In this document: positions 1 through 9,755 of the stretch, in pieces
Position numbering within the stretch: position 1 is the stretch's first letter
Layout of the letters: each line of letters begins with the position of its first letter
From: a virus
Length of the DNA stretch: 64,000 nt
Virus record (IMG/VR): IMGVR_UViG_3300047552_000481
Span: 15,081-79,080 of that record
Reading direction: 5' to 3' (one strand)
Made by a program: the position numbers and the translations under genes
Notes under the pieces: generated by a model
What the model saw: the letters and a program-made list of their open reading frames with translations, nothing else
The model's database searches: none
What the model was told of the DNA's origin: nothing

Positions 1-1413
1 TACTGTAATGGAGAATTATTAAACCAAGATGCTTCTAATAAAGATTATCAACAATATCTAGAAAACAATATTCTCCGAGTCAGTTATAAATCATTTACAA
101 ATGTTGTTATTCTTGGTTCGGCCAGATATAAACCATTCATGCAAATGCCTGCAGCAGATCGTAGAGAAATTATTGAAGATTTGCTCGATATCCAAGTTTT
201 TTCAGTTATGAATGAATTGGCCAAAAGTAAATTATCAACACTAAAAATTAATCTGTCCGAATTGGATTATTCAACATCACTACTAAAGGAAAAAATAATC
301 CTTCAAAAGAAACATATTAAAGAACAAAATAAATCAATAAAAACTCAACTAAATGAGAGTCAATCTCAAATAGACAAATATAATGAAGAAAATGCGAAAC
401 TGGAGAAAGATATATTTTTGATTCAGAAACATGTAGATGTTCTTAATAATAAGATTTCTGACAGAACGAAATTGCAGAGTAAAGAACAAAAATTGATATC
501 CATGGAAAGTAAGATGGAATCAGCATTAAAGAAATTGAAAAAGGACATGGACTTTTATAAAACAAATGATACCTGTCCAACATGTTATCAAGGCATTGAT
601 CAGGAATTTAAAGAAACTCGACTAGAGAAAGCTGAACTTAAGCAAAATGAATTTGCAGATGGGTTTGTCAAATTGGAAGAATCCATTGCAGATATTAAAA
701 ATAAATTAGAAGTGATGGATACAATTTATAATGATGTAATTAAACACCAAAATGAAATAATTAGGTTAAATTCGGTCTTGACAACCAACAAGAACCATGT
801 TATAATGATCCAAAATTCAATGGCAAATGTGAAAGAAAATTCTACATCTGTGGGCAATTTACAACAACTTGATGATGAATTAGAGGATTTAACAGGTCAA
901 ATAAATAGGTTAAATGAAGAAAAGGAATATCTTGATACTGCCTTGACTTATCTGAAAGATTCTGGTATAAAGGCAAAAATTATAAAAAAGTATGTTCCAC
1001 TCTTGAATGCAACGATAAATAAGTATTTACAGAAGTTAAAATTATACTTTACGTTTCAGATTGACGAGAATTTTAAGGAGAAATTAAAAGCCAGACATCG
1101 AGATGAATTCTCATATGAAAATATGAGTGAAGGTGAAAAATTAAGATTAGATTTAGCAATATTATTTTCATTTCGAGAAATATCGAAAATCAAGAATTCT
1201 GTAAATTGTAATATATTGATTATGGATGAAATTATGGATTCAAGTTTAGATGATATGGGACAGGTTGAATTGATTGATATATTATCCGAATTTATTAATC
1301 AGAACATTTTCATTATATCTCATAAAACAGATAACATATTAGATTCATTTGAAAGAGTCTTGGAATTTGAAAAGAAAGGTAATTTTGCTAAACTATGTGA
1401 AGTTGTATTATAA
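1..1413 (+). CDS. 46: Recombination endonuclease subunit gp46 (SbcC/Rad50-like ATPase), 5'-truncated by window edge
   Basis: Frame open from base 1; coiled coil with CPTC zinc hook, signature MSEGEK, Walker B LIMDE, IISH. Confidence 0.95.
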   Translation, partial: YCNGELLNQDASNKDYQQYLENNILRVSYKSFTNVVILGSARYKPFMQMPAADRREIIEDLLDIQVFSVMNELAKSKLSTLKINLSELDYSTSLLKEKIILQKKHIKEQNKSIKTQLNESQSQIDKYNEENAKLEKDIFLIQKHVDVLNNKISDRTKLQSKEQKLISMESKMESALKKLKKDMDFYKTNDTCPTCYQGIDQEFKETRLEKAELKQNEFADGFVKLEESIADIKNKLEVMDTIYNDVIKHQNEIIRLNSVLTTNKNHVIMIQNSMANVKENSTSVGNLQQLDDELEDLTGQINRLNEEKEYLDTALTYLKDSGIKAKIIKKYVPLLNATINKYLQKLKLYFTFQIDENFKEKLKARHRDEFSYENMSEGEKLRLDLAILFSFREISKIKNSVNCNILIMDEIMDSSLDDMGQVELIDILSEFINQNIFIISHKTDNILDSFERVLEFEKKGNFAKLCEVVL

Positions 1414-1430
1414 ATTCATTGGAGATTTTA

Positions 1431-1772
1431 ATGGCCACCGAAGATAAAATGTCAGTTGAAGAATTAGATAATAAATTTGATTATTTTGATAATATATCTG
1501 ATCAACATTTGTTCAAAACAATTTGGTCGGTATATGAGGTTGAAGACATTAATGATTTGGCGTTTACTGGAACCGACTTAATTTTAAGATATTCCCATCA
1601 TTGGGGGGAAGAAACTTTGACAAGGGCTTTGCCATCATACCCAACATGGTTAGATATGTGGAAGGCTGCGAATTCATTAATTAACGAATCGGGTGATGAT
1701 CACCATATTTTTATAGAAGATTTTGTTTTAGATCCAGAAACAAAATTAATAGAATTATATACTGGATCATAA
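1431..1772 (+). CDS. Hypothetical phage protein
   Basis: ORF with GGAG RBS before ATG 1431; C-terminal DDHHIFIEDF motif. Confidence 0.7.
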   Translation: MATEDKMSVEELDNKFDYFDNISDQHLFKTIWSVYEVEDINDLAFTGTDLILRYSHHWGEETLTRALPSYPTWLDMWKAANSLINESGDDHHIFIEDFVLDPETKLIELYTGS

Positions 1773-1791
1773 TTAAACGAGGTCGCGCATT

Positions 1792-2019
1792 ATGAAATTT
1801 GTTAAGTTATGTAAAATGTTGTGGAACACCGATGATTGGGAAATTGAAAATTATCACACATTATTGGTTTATAACCATAAATCTGGGTATCACACATATG
1901 TTGGGTATTGTTATTTTAAGGATGGGAGTTGTTATGAACCCCCAATGATTTTGGATACAGTTATAGAATTGTTATTTTGTAGATTACAAAACAAACTTGA
2001 GAATAGGATGGTAGCATGA
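1792..2019 (+). CDS. Hypothetical protein
   Basis: GAGG RBS, ATGA overlap with next gene. Confidence 0.55.
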   Translation: MKFVKLCKMLWNTDDWEIENYHTLLVYNHKSGYHTYVGYCYFKDGSCYEPPMILDTVIELLFCRLQNKLENRMVA

Positions 2020-2369
2020 AAATTTATTTTGGTAGAGTTCCAGAAGGTTATTCAACAAGAAATATGGATGAATTCTTTAAAGATGTTCTTGTTAAGGCCA
2101 ATTATAGTTATGACGAGGCCGTTAAAAGTGTATTTGAATTGTATGATAAAGTTGAAATTGATATTAAAAGAATTAATAGTGAAATCGTATTTTGGACTTG
2201 TAATCCAATGATTCTACAATATCTAGACGAAGAACATAGGAATCTTGTTTATTTCATTGATCAAGATAATAACGAGATTCATTTCATGTCCGATCCAATT
2301 TGTCAGGAAAAATACGAGTGGATGGATGTTGGTGAAGCATTAATAGATGATTCGAGGGTTCTGAACTAA
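2016..2369 (+). CDS. Hypothetical protein
   Basis: ORF coupled to neighbours by ATGA/TAATG overlaps. Confidence 0.65.
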   Translation: MKIYFGRVPEGYSTRNMDEFFKDVLVKANYSYDEAVKSVFELYDKVEIDIKRINSEIVFWTCNPMILQYLDEEHRNLVYFIDQDNNEIHFMSDPICQEKYEWMDVGEALIDDSRVLN

Positions 2370-2950
2370 TGGAAGAAAAATTAATATTTGATACAGAAAG
2401 TAAAAAGTTAAAGATTACACAAGAATATGAAATTCTTAAATTGGTTCCAGAAACAGATCCAATCTTAAGTAAAGTAATGCCTAAATACGTGTTTGGGGAT
2501 GCAGTTAAAACTGATAAGTTACTTGGAGATTTAATTACAACATGTAAACATTATAATGGATTTGGTTTAGCTGCAAATCAGTGCGGAATCGAAACATCTA
2601 TTATTGTTGTGGGATTTGCGGAAAATTATTGGTGTTTAATTAATCCAGAAATTGTTTACCAATCAACGGAAACTTCCATGAATATGGAGGGATGTTTAAG
2701 TTTTCCTGGTCTAGTATTATCGGTTGACCGACCCAAAGAAATTATTGTCAAATATCAAAATTCATTAGGAGAAGAAAAGAAAGAAACCTATGTTGGATTA
2801 ACAGCAAGAATTATTCAACATGAAATTAATCATTTAAATGGAATAACCTTTATAGATAAAGTTAAACCACTAGCATTAAAAATGGGTTTAAAGAAACGAG
2901 ATAAGAATTTTAAGAAAGCCGCAAGAGAAATTGTAAATCAAATAAGGTGA
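2369..2950 (+). CDS. def: Peptide deformylase
   Basis: Motifs GFGLAANQ, EGCLS, QHEINHLNG. Confidence 0.95.
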   Translation: MEEKLIFDTESKKLKITQEYEILKLVPETDPILSKVMPKYVFGDAVKTDKLLGDLITTCKHYNGFGLAANQCGIETSIIVVGFAENYWCLINPEIVYQSTETSMNMEGCLSFPGLVLSVDRPKEIIVKYQNSLGEEKKETYVGLTARIIQHEINHLNGITFIDKVKPLALKMGLKKRDKNFKKAAREIVNQIR

Positions 2951-2954
2951 AGTT

Positions 2955-4268
2955 ATGAAAAGTGTAGTTGATATTATTAAAACATTAGAATCGGATAATT
3001 CCCGATTATTCAAAGAAAAGGTTCTTTCAGATGAAATGAAATTAGATAATGGAGATCTCTTCTATGGTCTAAAATTGGCATTATCAAAGTTTTACACATT
3101 CGGTGTAAAACAAGTTCCTGTTAAAGAAGATGAAAATACGTTACATGTGTTAAGTCCAGACGTAACATGGACAAAATTTCTCGATTTATCCAATAAATTA
3201 ATGACGAGAGAATTATCTGGTAATGCTGCTAAAATAGAAATTCAACGACTAATGATTTATACAGATATGGATATATGGAATTATTGGTATCGAAGAATCT
3301 TGACTAAGGATATGAAATGTGGGATCGATGAAAAGACCGTAAACAAGTGTGCAAAAACATTTGGCAAATTTGCAATTCCAACATTTTCGTGTCAGTTAGC
3401 AAAGGATTCAAGAGAACACGAAAATAAAATGAAAGGAATCAAATTATGTGACATGAAAATGGATGGCTCTAGAGTTTTATCTATTGTTTATCCAAATGGT
3501 ATTGTTGAACAATTTTCTAGAAATGGTAAAGCAATTGTCAATTTCCCACATATCAAAACTCAATTTGAAATGGTTGCTCAATCATTAACGGAGCCAACAG
3601 TATTTGATGGAGAAATTATGGCTTCATCTTTTCAAGATTTAATGTCACAGTTATATCGAAAAGATAATATCAACACTTCAGATACGAATCTATTTCTATT
3701 TGATATGATTCCGCTGAAATTTTTCCAAGAAGGTGTTGATAAAACCAAACAAATTATTAGGTCAGAAAAACTTCATAAGTGGTATTCAGAAGTAGAACCT
3801 CAATTATCAAATGTTAAAGTTTTAACTTATAAACTTATCAATCTTGATACAGAAGAAGGTCAAACACAATTTAAAGAACTTAATAGTAAAGCACTTCTGG
3901 AAGGAAAAGAAGGTATCATGATTAAAGATCCTAATGCACCATATGAGTGCAAACGATCTGCATCATGGTTGAAGTTGAAACCTTTCATTACTGTTGATTT
4001 AGATATTATAGATATTGAAGAAGGAACCGGTAAAAATGAGGGGGCATTAGGTGCATTTATTTGTAAAGGATTTGACGAAGAAGGAAGACTAATTGAAACA
4101 AATGTTGGTGGAGGATTTACTGAAAGTCAACGATCAGAAATTTGGGAAGATAAGGAGTCATATATTGGTAAAGTAGTAGAAGTAAAGGGTGATGGAATTA
4201 CTCAAAATAAAAATGGAACATATTCAGTCAGATTTCCAGTTTTCATGAGATTCAGAGACGATAAGTGA
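2955..4268 (+). CDS. 30: ATP-dependent DNA ligase (gp30-like)
   Basis: KMDGSR motif I, FDGE, EGIMIK, WLKLK, RFPVF. Confidence 0.95.
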   Translation: MKSVVDIIKTLESDNSRLFKEKVLSDEMKLDNGDLFYGLKLALSKFYTFGVKQVPVKEDENTLHVLSPDVTWTKFLDLSNKLMTRELSGNAAKIEIQRLMIYTDMDIWNYWYRRILTKDMKCGIDEKTVNKCAKTFGKFAIPTFSCQLAKDSREHENKMKGIKLCDMKMDGSRVLSIVYPNGIVEQFSRNGKAIVNFPHIKTQFEMVAQSLTEPTVFDGEIMASSFQDLMSQLYRKDNINTSDTNLFLFDMIPLKFFQEGVDKTKQIIRSEKLHKWYSEVEPQLSNVKVLTYKLINLDTEEGQTQFKELNSKALLEGKEGIMIKDPNAPYECKRSASWLKLKPFITVDLDIIDIEEGTGKNEGALGAFICKGFDEEGRLIETNVGGGFTESQRSEIWEDKESYIGKVVEVKGDGITQNKNGTYSVRFPVFMRFRDDK

Positions 4269-4275
4269 GGTTATA

Positions 4276-4506
4276 ATGAAAAATTTTTGGTGGAAACAAC
4301 CCAAATATAAAAGGTTTGAAGACAAAATTCATTTTAGATTTTTATTCAATAAGTCTAGAATGAACTATATTGGATTAATACCTGAATATATTCCGGGTTA
4401 TATTGGAGATCCAAACTTAGCATTTGGGTTGTTTGAACGTTGGGTAAATAGAAGTAGAAAGGCTAAGAAAATATATTGGTTGTCTCACAAAGAATGTATT
4501 AGATAA
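4276..4506 (+). CDS. Hypothetical protein
   Basis: ORF with GAGG RBS. Confidence 0.55.
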   Translation: MKNFWWKQPKYKRFEDKIHFRFLFNKSRMNYIGLIPEYIPGYIGDPNLAFGLFERWVNRSRKAKKIYWLSHKECIR

Positions 4507-4521
4507 TATAGGATTAAAATT

Positions 4522-5601
4522 ATGCAGTGGAATAAAACAGATTGTATTAATGAATTTAAAAAGATAGTTTCGGAATATCCTGATAAATCTATTACCAGAG
4601 ATTTCTTTAGAAAAGTATCAGAATTGCCAGAATCAATTTATCAACGATTCTTTGGCACATTTTCTGAATTTAAAGTTCAATCTGGATTTGATTTAACTTC
4701 ACATCAGGATAAATATCTATCTAATACCGCTAAACATGCATCAGTAGATATTCTTAAAAATTTGAATAAAGAGAAATCTCAATATGAAGGTAAATATGAA
4801 CGACCATGTTATAATCGATATCAGACTATTGTAACAATTACCGATACCCATGATATCAATTTCGATCTTTTTACTAGACGTGTTTACCTGGATACCCTAA
4901 AACGTGTCCAACCAGAAACTATCGTTTTTGGGGGAGATCATTTCGACCTCCCCGAATTTTCAAAATATTTTAATGACCCAAGATCTTATAACCTAATTGA
5001 ACGGGTAAATAATGTTCACCAATTCTTAAAGGAAATTCGTGAAATTTTACCAGATGCAGAATTTAATTGGATCAGTGGTAATCATTGCCATAGAATATTA
5101 AAACATCTTGCTCATTCATCACCCAATATGATTTCTTTACTAAATGATCTACACAAATTCACAGTTTCATCATTACTAGGATTAGATCAATTTGAAATCA
5201 ATTATATCTCAAGGGATGATCTTTGCGTATTCAATGAATCAGATTTCAAATCCGAAATGAAGAAGAATTACCTCGTTAAATTTGATTCTGTGCTATTTCA
5301 TCATTATCCAGAAGGAAAGAAATATGGACTGCCAGGAGTAAATGGACATCACCATTCCCATAAATCTGAACACCTATATAATTATACTTATGGACCATAT
5401 GAATGGCACCAACTTGGTGCAGGACATGTCCGTAGAGCATCTTTTACTGATGGTTCAAAATGGACTAATGGATTTATGATTTCTCACCATGATATTCAGA
5501 ATAAACGAACAGTATTCGAATATGTTGATACAACACAAAATTTTGCTATCGTCGGTGGCAAATTTTATGAAAGAACAGAATCTGAATTAATACAGGAGTA
5601 A
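4522..5601 (+). CDS. Calcineurin-like metallophosphoesterase with N-terminal helical domain
   Basis: DTH, GGDHFD, GNH, HH, GHHH motifs. Confidence 0.85.
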   Translation: MQWNKTDCINEFKKIVSEYPDKSITRDFFRKVSELPESIYQRFFGTFSEFKVQSGFDLTSHQDKYLSNTAKHASVDILKNLNKEKSQYEGKYERPCYNRYQTIVTITDTHDINFDLFTRRVYLDTLKRVQPETIVFGGDHFDLPEFSKYFNDPRSYNLIERVNNVHQFLKEIREILPDAEFNWISGNHCHRILKHLAHSSPNMISLLNDLHKFTVSSLLGLDQFEINYISRDDLCVFNESDFKSEMKKNYLVKFDSVLFHHYPEGKKYGLPGVNGHHHSHKSEHLYNYTYGPYEWHQLGAGHVRRASFTDGSKWTNGFMISHHDIQNKRTVFEYVDTTQNFAIVGGKFYERTESELIQE

Positions 5602-5604
5602 TTT

Positions 5605-5832
5605 ATGCAAAAACAACCAATCTCAACTAAACAAGCTTTCACTGTAATTGCAGATTCAGTTAAAAATGATACTGATTATGGTCACGCTTGGCACCGAAAT
5701 ATCGTAGAATCAGTCCTAGAAATCGAAGAAAATTATGATCTGGCTAACCAAATCGCAGAATCATTTATGCAACGTGTATTTGATGTGAATACCGATTTCT
5801 CAGAATACTTCAAAAACCGAGTGAAAAACTAA
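5605..5832 (+). CDS. Hypothetical phage protein
   Basis: GGAG RBS; DYGHAWHRNI motif. Confidence 0.65.
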   Translation: MQKQPISTKQAFTVIADSVKNDTDYGHAWHRNIVESVLEIEENYDLANQIAESFMQRVFDVNTDFSEYFKNRVKN

Positions 5833-6275
5833 TGAATATATATTTGGCTGGCCCACTATTTTCAATCGCCCAAAAACGATTTAATAAGAAACTGAAAAAA
5901 CATCTTCTTAAAATTGACCCAACCCTGGAAATTAATCTACCACAAGATTATGTCGATGACGATATGTATAAGATATATCTCAACTGTATCAACTCCATTC
6001 TAGATGCAGATGTAATTATTGCAATCTTAGATGGATCTGATGCAGACTCCGGTACAGCCATGGAAGTTGGTTACGCTAGAGGTAATAATAAAAATATTAT
6101 TGGAGTAAGAACAGATGTAAGACAACTTGAACAAAATGGCACAAATCTTATGCTATATAATGCCTGTGATAAATATATCGTGTCCACAGTAGATGTCCAA
6201 GTCGTCGCCAAGAAAATTTATGCTGCCATACAAGAAGATTATGCCTGGAAGGGTGATAAACCTAATTTATCCTAA
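5832..6275 (+). CDS. Nucleoside 2-deoxyribosyltransferase / nucleotide N-hydrolase family protein
   Basis: IYLAGPLFS, DSGTAMEVGYA, RTD, NLML motifs. Confidence 0.9.
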   Translation: MNIYLAGPLFSIAQKRFNKKLKKHLLKIDPTLEINLPQDYVDDDMYKIYLNCINSILDADVIIAILDGSDADSGTAMEVGYARGNNKNIIGVRTDVRQLEQNGTNLMLYNACDKYIVSTVDVQVVAKKIYAAIQEDYAWKGDKPNLS

Positions 6276-6988
6276 TGATATATACGATTTATAAAGCAAC
6301 AAATTTGGTTAATGGTAAGGTTTATATTGGATTTGATTCAAATTGGCCGAATAGAATTAAAGAACACAAGAAGGATCATAAAAGAAAGGATAAACAGTGT
6401 AGATTTTATTCGGCCATTAAAAAATACGGATTTGATAATTTTTCGTGGGATGTGTTATATCAATCAAAAGACCAATGTTATACGTTAACTGAAATGGAAA
6501 ATTACTTTATCAGTGAATATAGAAGTTATATCGGATTTGATGATTGCAATGGATATAACATGACTTTGGGTGGTGGAGGAACAATAGGAAAATCTCATAC
6601 TCAAGAATGGAAAGAAAATCATTCATTAATAATGACAGGGAGGAAATTTACCACAGAACACAAACAAAATATATCATCATCATTAAAAGGAAGAACATTT
6701 TCAGATGAAACCAAACAAAAAATAAAAATAGCAAATTCTGGTATAAATAATTGGCAAACGAAAAAATTAGGATCATTACATCCAAAATCTAAAAAGTATA
6801 TTGGAATATCTCCTAATAATGAAATTATAATTATTCATGGTATGAGAGATTTCTGTAGAAAAAATAATTTGAATCAAGGTGTTGCAATTCAATCTGTCAA
6901 AAAATCTTCTACCCATAAAGGATGGAAATTTTATAATTATGACGAAACTTTATTAATAAAACTAACCGAGGAACTATATGAAAATTGA
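6275..6988 (+). CDS. GIY-YIG homing endonuclease with NUMOD3 repeats
   Basis: TIY..NGKVYIG..R..EH, GYNMTLGG, HTQEWK/FSDETKQKI repeats. Confidence 0.9.
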   Translation: MIYTIYKATNLVNGKVYIGFDSNWPNRIKEHKKDHKRKDKQCRFYSAIKKYGFDNFSWDVLYQSKDQCYTLTEMENYFISEYRSYIGFDDCNGYNMTLGGGGTIGKSHTQEWKENHSLIMTGRKFTTEHKQNISSSLKGRTFSDETKQKIKIANSGINNWQTKKLGSLHPKSKKYIGISPNNEIIIIHGMRDFCRKNNLNQGVAIQSVKKSSTHKGWKFYNYDETLLIKLTEELYEN

Positions 6989-7772
6989 AGTATCTGTTGC
7001 CGAACTTAGAAAATCTAAAATCTTTATCGCTATGCCAACTTACGGGGGTCAAGTCTATACAATGACAATGAAAAGCCTCCTTGACCAAGTATCATTATTC
7101 AATAAGTACGATATCGAATTTACCCATTCATTTCTCATGAATGAATCTCTGATCCAACGTGCCAGAAATTATCTGGCAGACGAATTCTTAAACCGAACGG
7201 ATTGTACCCATCTGATGTTTATTGATTCTGATATCGTTTTTAATCCACAAGACATCCTAGCCATGCTCGCTCTTGATAAAGAAATAGTTGGTGGAGGCTA
7301 TTCGAAGAAGTCAATAAATTGGGATCGGATCAAAAAAGCCACAGAAAAAAATCCGACTCTCCCAACTTCTGAATATGAAAAAATTGCTGGTGATATCGTT
7401 TTTAATCCGGTTGCTGGTATGGAAAAATTTTCAGTTTCAGAACCAATCGAAGTTATGGAAGTTGGTACCGGTTTTATGCTTGTAAAACGTGAAGTATTTG
7501 AAAAATATCAAGCGGCCTATCCACAATATATGTATAGGCCGGATCACCAGAGCGAGCACTTCAATTCTAGTAGACAGATTTGTTCCTTTTTTAATGTTTT
7601 TATTGATCCAGAATCGAATCGGCTTTTGTCGGAAGATTATATGTGGTGTCAAGAATGTCGGGCCATAGGAATTCAAGTTTGGATGGCACCATTTGTCACA
7701 CTTAATCATTGTGGATATTACATGTATCAAGGATCGTTACCGGCCATTGCTGCTCATGTTGGGGAAATGTAA
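6978..7772 (+). CDS. GT-A fold glycosyltransferase-like protein
   Basis: IAMPTYGG, ESLIQRARN, FIDSDI (DxD), GTGFMLVKR, LSEDY. Confidence 0.8.
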   Translation: MKIEVSVAELRKSKIFIAMPTYGGQVYTMTMKSLLDQVSLFNKYDIEFTHSFLMNESLIQRARNYLADEFLNRTDCTHLMFIDSDIVFNPQDILAMLALDKEIVGGGYSKKSINWDRIKKATEKNPTLPTSEYEKIAGDIVFNPVAGMEKFSVSEPIEVMEVGTGFMLVKREVFEKYQAAYPQYMYRPDHQSEHFNSSRQICSFFNVFIDPESNRLLSEDYMWCQECRAIGIQVWMAPFVTLNHCGYYMYQGSLPAIAAHVGEM

Positions 7773-7787
7773 AAGGAAATGGACTGG

Positions 7788-8720
7788 TTATAATCTGTAG
7801 CCGGTCCAACCTTTATGTTGTGGTTTATTACCATTTAATACATGAATAATACATTGATAATATAGATCATGTTCTTTACAGAAATCTTTTAGTTGGAATA
7901 CAGTATGTTCAGTTTTATCTGGATCAATAAGGATTGCTAGTGGTTTTGGTATCAATTTACATTTATAATTTCTATGATTGGATCTTTTTCCTGAAGCAAC
8001 TTCTGACATACCACTAATATTCAAATCGTTTTCCTTGCAAAATTTAGATAGATTATTTACAATAAAGGTTTCGCCAGTAGGAGTTGTAATTTCATATTCT
8101 TTTGTTCTACCAGGAACATTTGTTCTATGATGATTTTCACCAGTTTTATTTTTCAATTTTGTTTTAAATTCTTCGGAGTGTGATTTATTTTTAAACCCAG
8201 ATTCTTTGCCGAACATTGGATTTCCTTCACCGACCATAGTTGTTCGTTGGATTTCGGCTTTTTTATCTAGGAAATCTCTACCTTCTTCAGAAGAATAATA
8301 TTCTGTCATGAATTTGGAGGCGCGTTCACGGGATTCGTCAGTTTTAGCATAACTATAATTAGTTAGAAATTTTTTAGCAGTTTTATAAGTTCTTGAGTTT
8401 ACTGTATTATTCATTAATTTTGCAATTGCGGAGGTAAGACGGAAGCCATAATTTTTATCTATTATCATTTTTGGTAATAGCATATGAACAATGAAGTGTT
8501 GTCGTAATGATAATTTTACAATATTTTCTGGGTCATTTGGATTATCGTCAACAAATCCTGGTGGACCTTTGCGAGTACGGTTTATAAATAAACAATCAGG
8601 GACGATGTGGTGATTTTCGGTTTTATCTGATAAATCAGGATTGTTTATAATATTGATGTACCATTTAGTATATTTGTTTGGGTGTGAAATTTCTTGGATG
8701 ATTTTAATAAATTTATTCAT
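7788..8720 (-). CDS. HNH homing endonuclease (Mob-like) with NUMOD-type DNA-binding repeats
   Basis: HHIVP...N.PENIVKL..RQHFIVHMLL, GEGNPMFGK, HSEE, HKGW; only long minus-strand ORF. Confidence 0.88.
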   Translation of the reverse strand: MNKFIKIIQEISHPNKYTKWYINIINNPDLSDKTENHHIVPDCLFINRTRKGPPGFVDDNPNDPENIVKLSLRQHFIVHMLLPKMIIDKNYGFRLTSAIAKLMNNTVNSRTYKTAKKFLTNYSYAKTDESRERASKFMTEYYSSEEGRDFLDKKAEIQRTTMVGEGNPMFGKESGFKNKSHSEEFKTKLKNKTGENHHRTNVPGRTKEYEITTPTGETFIVNNLSKFCKENDLNISGMSEVASGKRSNHRNYKCKLIPKPLAILIDPDKTEHTVFQLKDFCKEHDLYYQCIIHVLNGNKPQHKGWTGYRL

Positions 8721-8724
8721 GGTG

Positions 8725-8753
8725 TTGACAACTTAAAGATGATGTGATATAAT
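8725..8753 (+). promoter_or_regulatory. Sigma70-type promoter driving the tRNA pair
   Basis: TTGACA-17-TATAAT with TGn extended -10. Confidence 0.85.
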
Positions 8754-8774
8754 ATTTAGCAACAGTAGAATTAT

Positions 8775-8845
8775 GCCCCTGTAGTGTAACGGATGCACAT
8801 GAGATTTCTACTCTCATAGTCCGGGTTCAATTCCTGGTGGGGGTG
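8775..8845 (+). tRNA. tRNA-Arg(TCT)
   Basis: Cloverleaf; anticodon arm TGAGA-TTTCTAC-TCTCA, T-arm CCGGG-TTCAATT-CCTGG; acceptor stem has several G-U pairs, no encoded CCA. Confidence 0.85.
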
Positions 8846-8853
8846 CAAAATAT

Positions 8854-8930
8854 GCCCCGATAGCTCAGTTGGTTAGAGCAGCCGACTCATAATCGGCAGG
8901 TCGGGAGTTCAAATCTCTCTCGGGGCACCA
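8854..8930 (+). tRNA. tRNA with CAT anticodon, probably Ile2 (lysidine) rather than Met
   Basis: GCCGA-CTCATAA-TCGGC arm, CCA end; resembles enterobacterial tRNA-Ile2. Confidence 0.88.
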
Positions 8931-8962
8931 AAATGGGTGAATATAAACCAAAATAGTATGGT

Positions 8963-9304
8963 GAAGTAAATGAGTAGAGAAAATGAAATAAATATTGAAG
9001 AATTATATGAAGAATTGAAATATTGTTCCTTACTTAAGGTTAGAATTATAAATTATAGTATATACAATACTGCTTCCTTACACGATTATGTGGAAAATGT
9101 TTTATCAGAAGACCGAGTTTGGTTTAATTATGATGATAATGGTAATGAAAATGTGGATTGTTTATTAACTAAGGAAGAATATGAAAAGCTTCCAACATAT
9201 TATTCGGGATTATATACTCATATAATTGATTATGAAAATCTTAAATTTTATAAGTGGCCATTGAAATATTATTATAATTAGGAGAAGTAAATGAGTAGAG
9301 AAAA
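8963..9304 (+). repeat. 21-bp direct repeat GAAGTAAATGAGTAGAGAAAA at 8963-8983 and 9284-9304
   Basis: Exact match spanning the starts of two adjacent ORFs (both MSRE). Confidence 0.9.
8970..9281 (+). CDS. Hypothetical protein
   Basis: Tyr-rich 103-aa ORF between the repeats. Confidence 0.6.
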   Translation: MSRENEINIEELYEELKYCSLLKVRIINYSIYNTASLHDYVENVLSEDRVWFNYDDNGNENVDCLLTKEEYEKLPTYYSGLYTHIIDYENLKFYKWPLKYYYN

Positions 9305-9755
9305 GTATCCACATTATTATAAGCATTGTCCATATGAATATATTGATGTATATCGAGTATTAGATTTATTTGGAGTATCTGATCAAGCGATTGGTCATGC
9401 AATTAAGAAGTTATTGGTTGCTGGTGGGAGAGGACATAAGGATATTGAAAAGGATATTAAGGAAGCGATTGTTACATTAGAAAGACGAGTTGAAATGTGG
9501 GAAGAGAATAAACCCACAGAAACATTATGGAGTAAATGTACAGTAGATGATATTTATGCAAAAGCAGATTGGGGCGAAGGTGTTGATTTCACCGAAGATA
9601 AACAAGGATATTTTAATTTTAATTTTAATAAACCAACAGATTCTTTAGGACCATTACCAAAAGTGGTTGAAAAAGTTCCAGAGTTGACAAAAGAAGAGAA
9701 ACGTGTTATAATGGAACGGTACAAATATTTAGGAGACTTGTATGAAATTAAGTAA
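9291..9755 (+). CDS. DUF3310/SaV-like protein
   Basis: PHYY..IDVY..GHAIKKLL.AG.RG.KD..KDIKEA. Confidence 0.7.
   Translation: MSREKYPHYYKHCPYEYIDVYRVLDLFGVSDQAIGHAIKKLLVAGGRGHKDIEKDIKEAIVTLERRVEMWEENKPTETLWSKCTVDDIYAKADWGEGVDFTEDKQGYFNFNFNKPTDSLGPLPKVVEKVPELTKEEKRVIMERYKYLGDLYEIK
9684..9712 (+). promoter_or_regulatory. Sigma70-type promoter for gp45 operon
   Basis: TTGACA-17-TATAAT, extended -10. Confidence 0.85.

Noticed and set aside
8800-8817. Amber suppressor reading (CTA) of the first tRNA
   Set aside because: The 7-nt loop TTTCTAC centres on TCT (Arg); TAG is used as a normal stop and core genes are intact in the standard code
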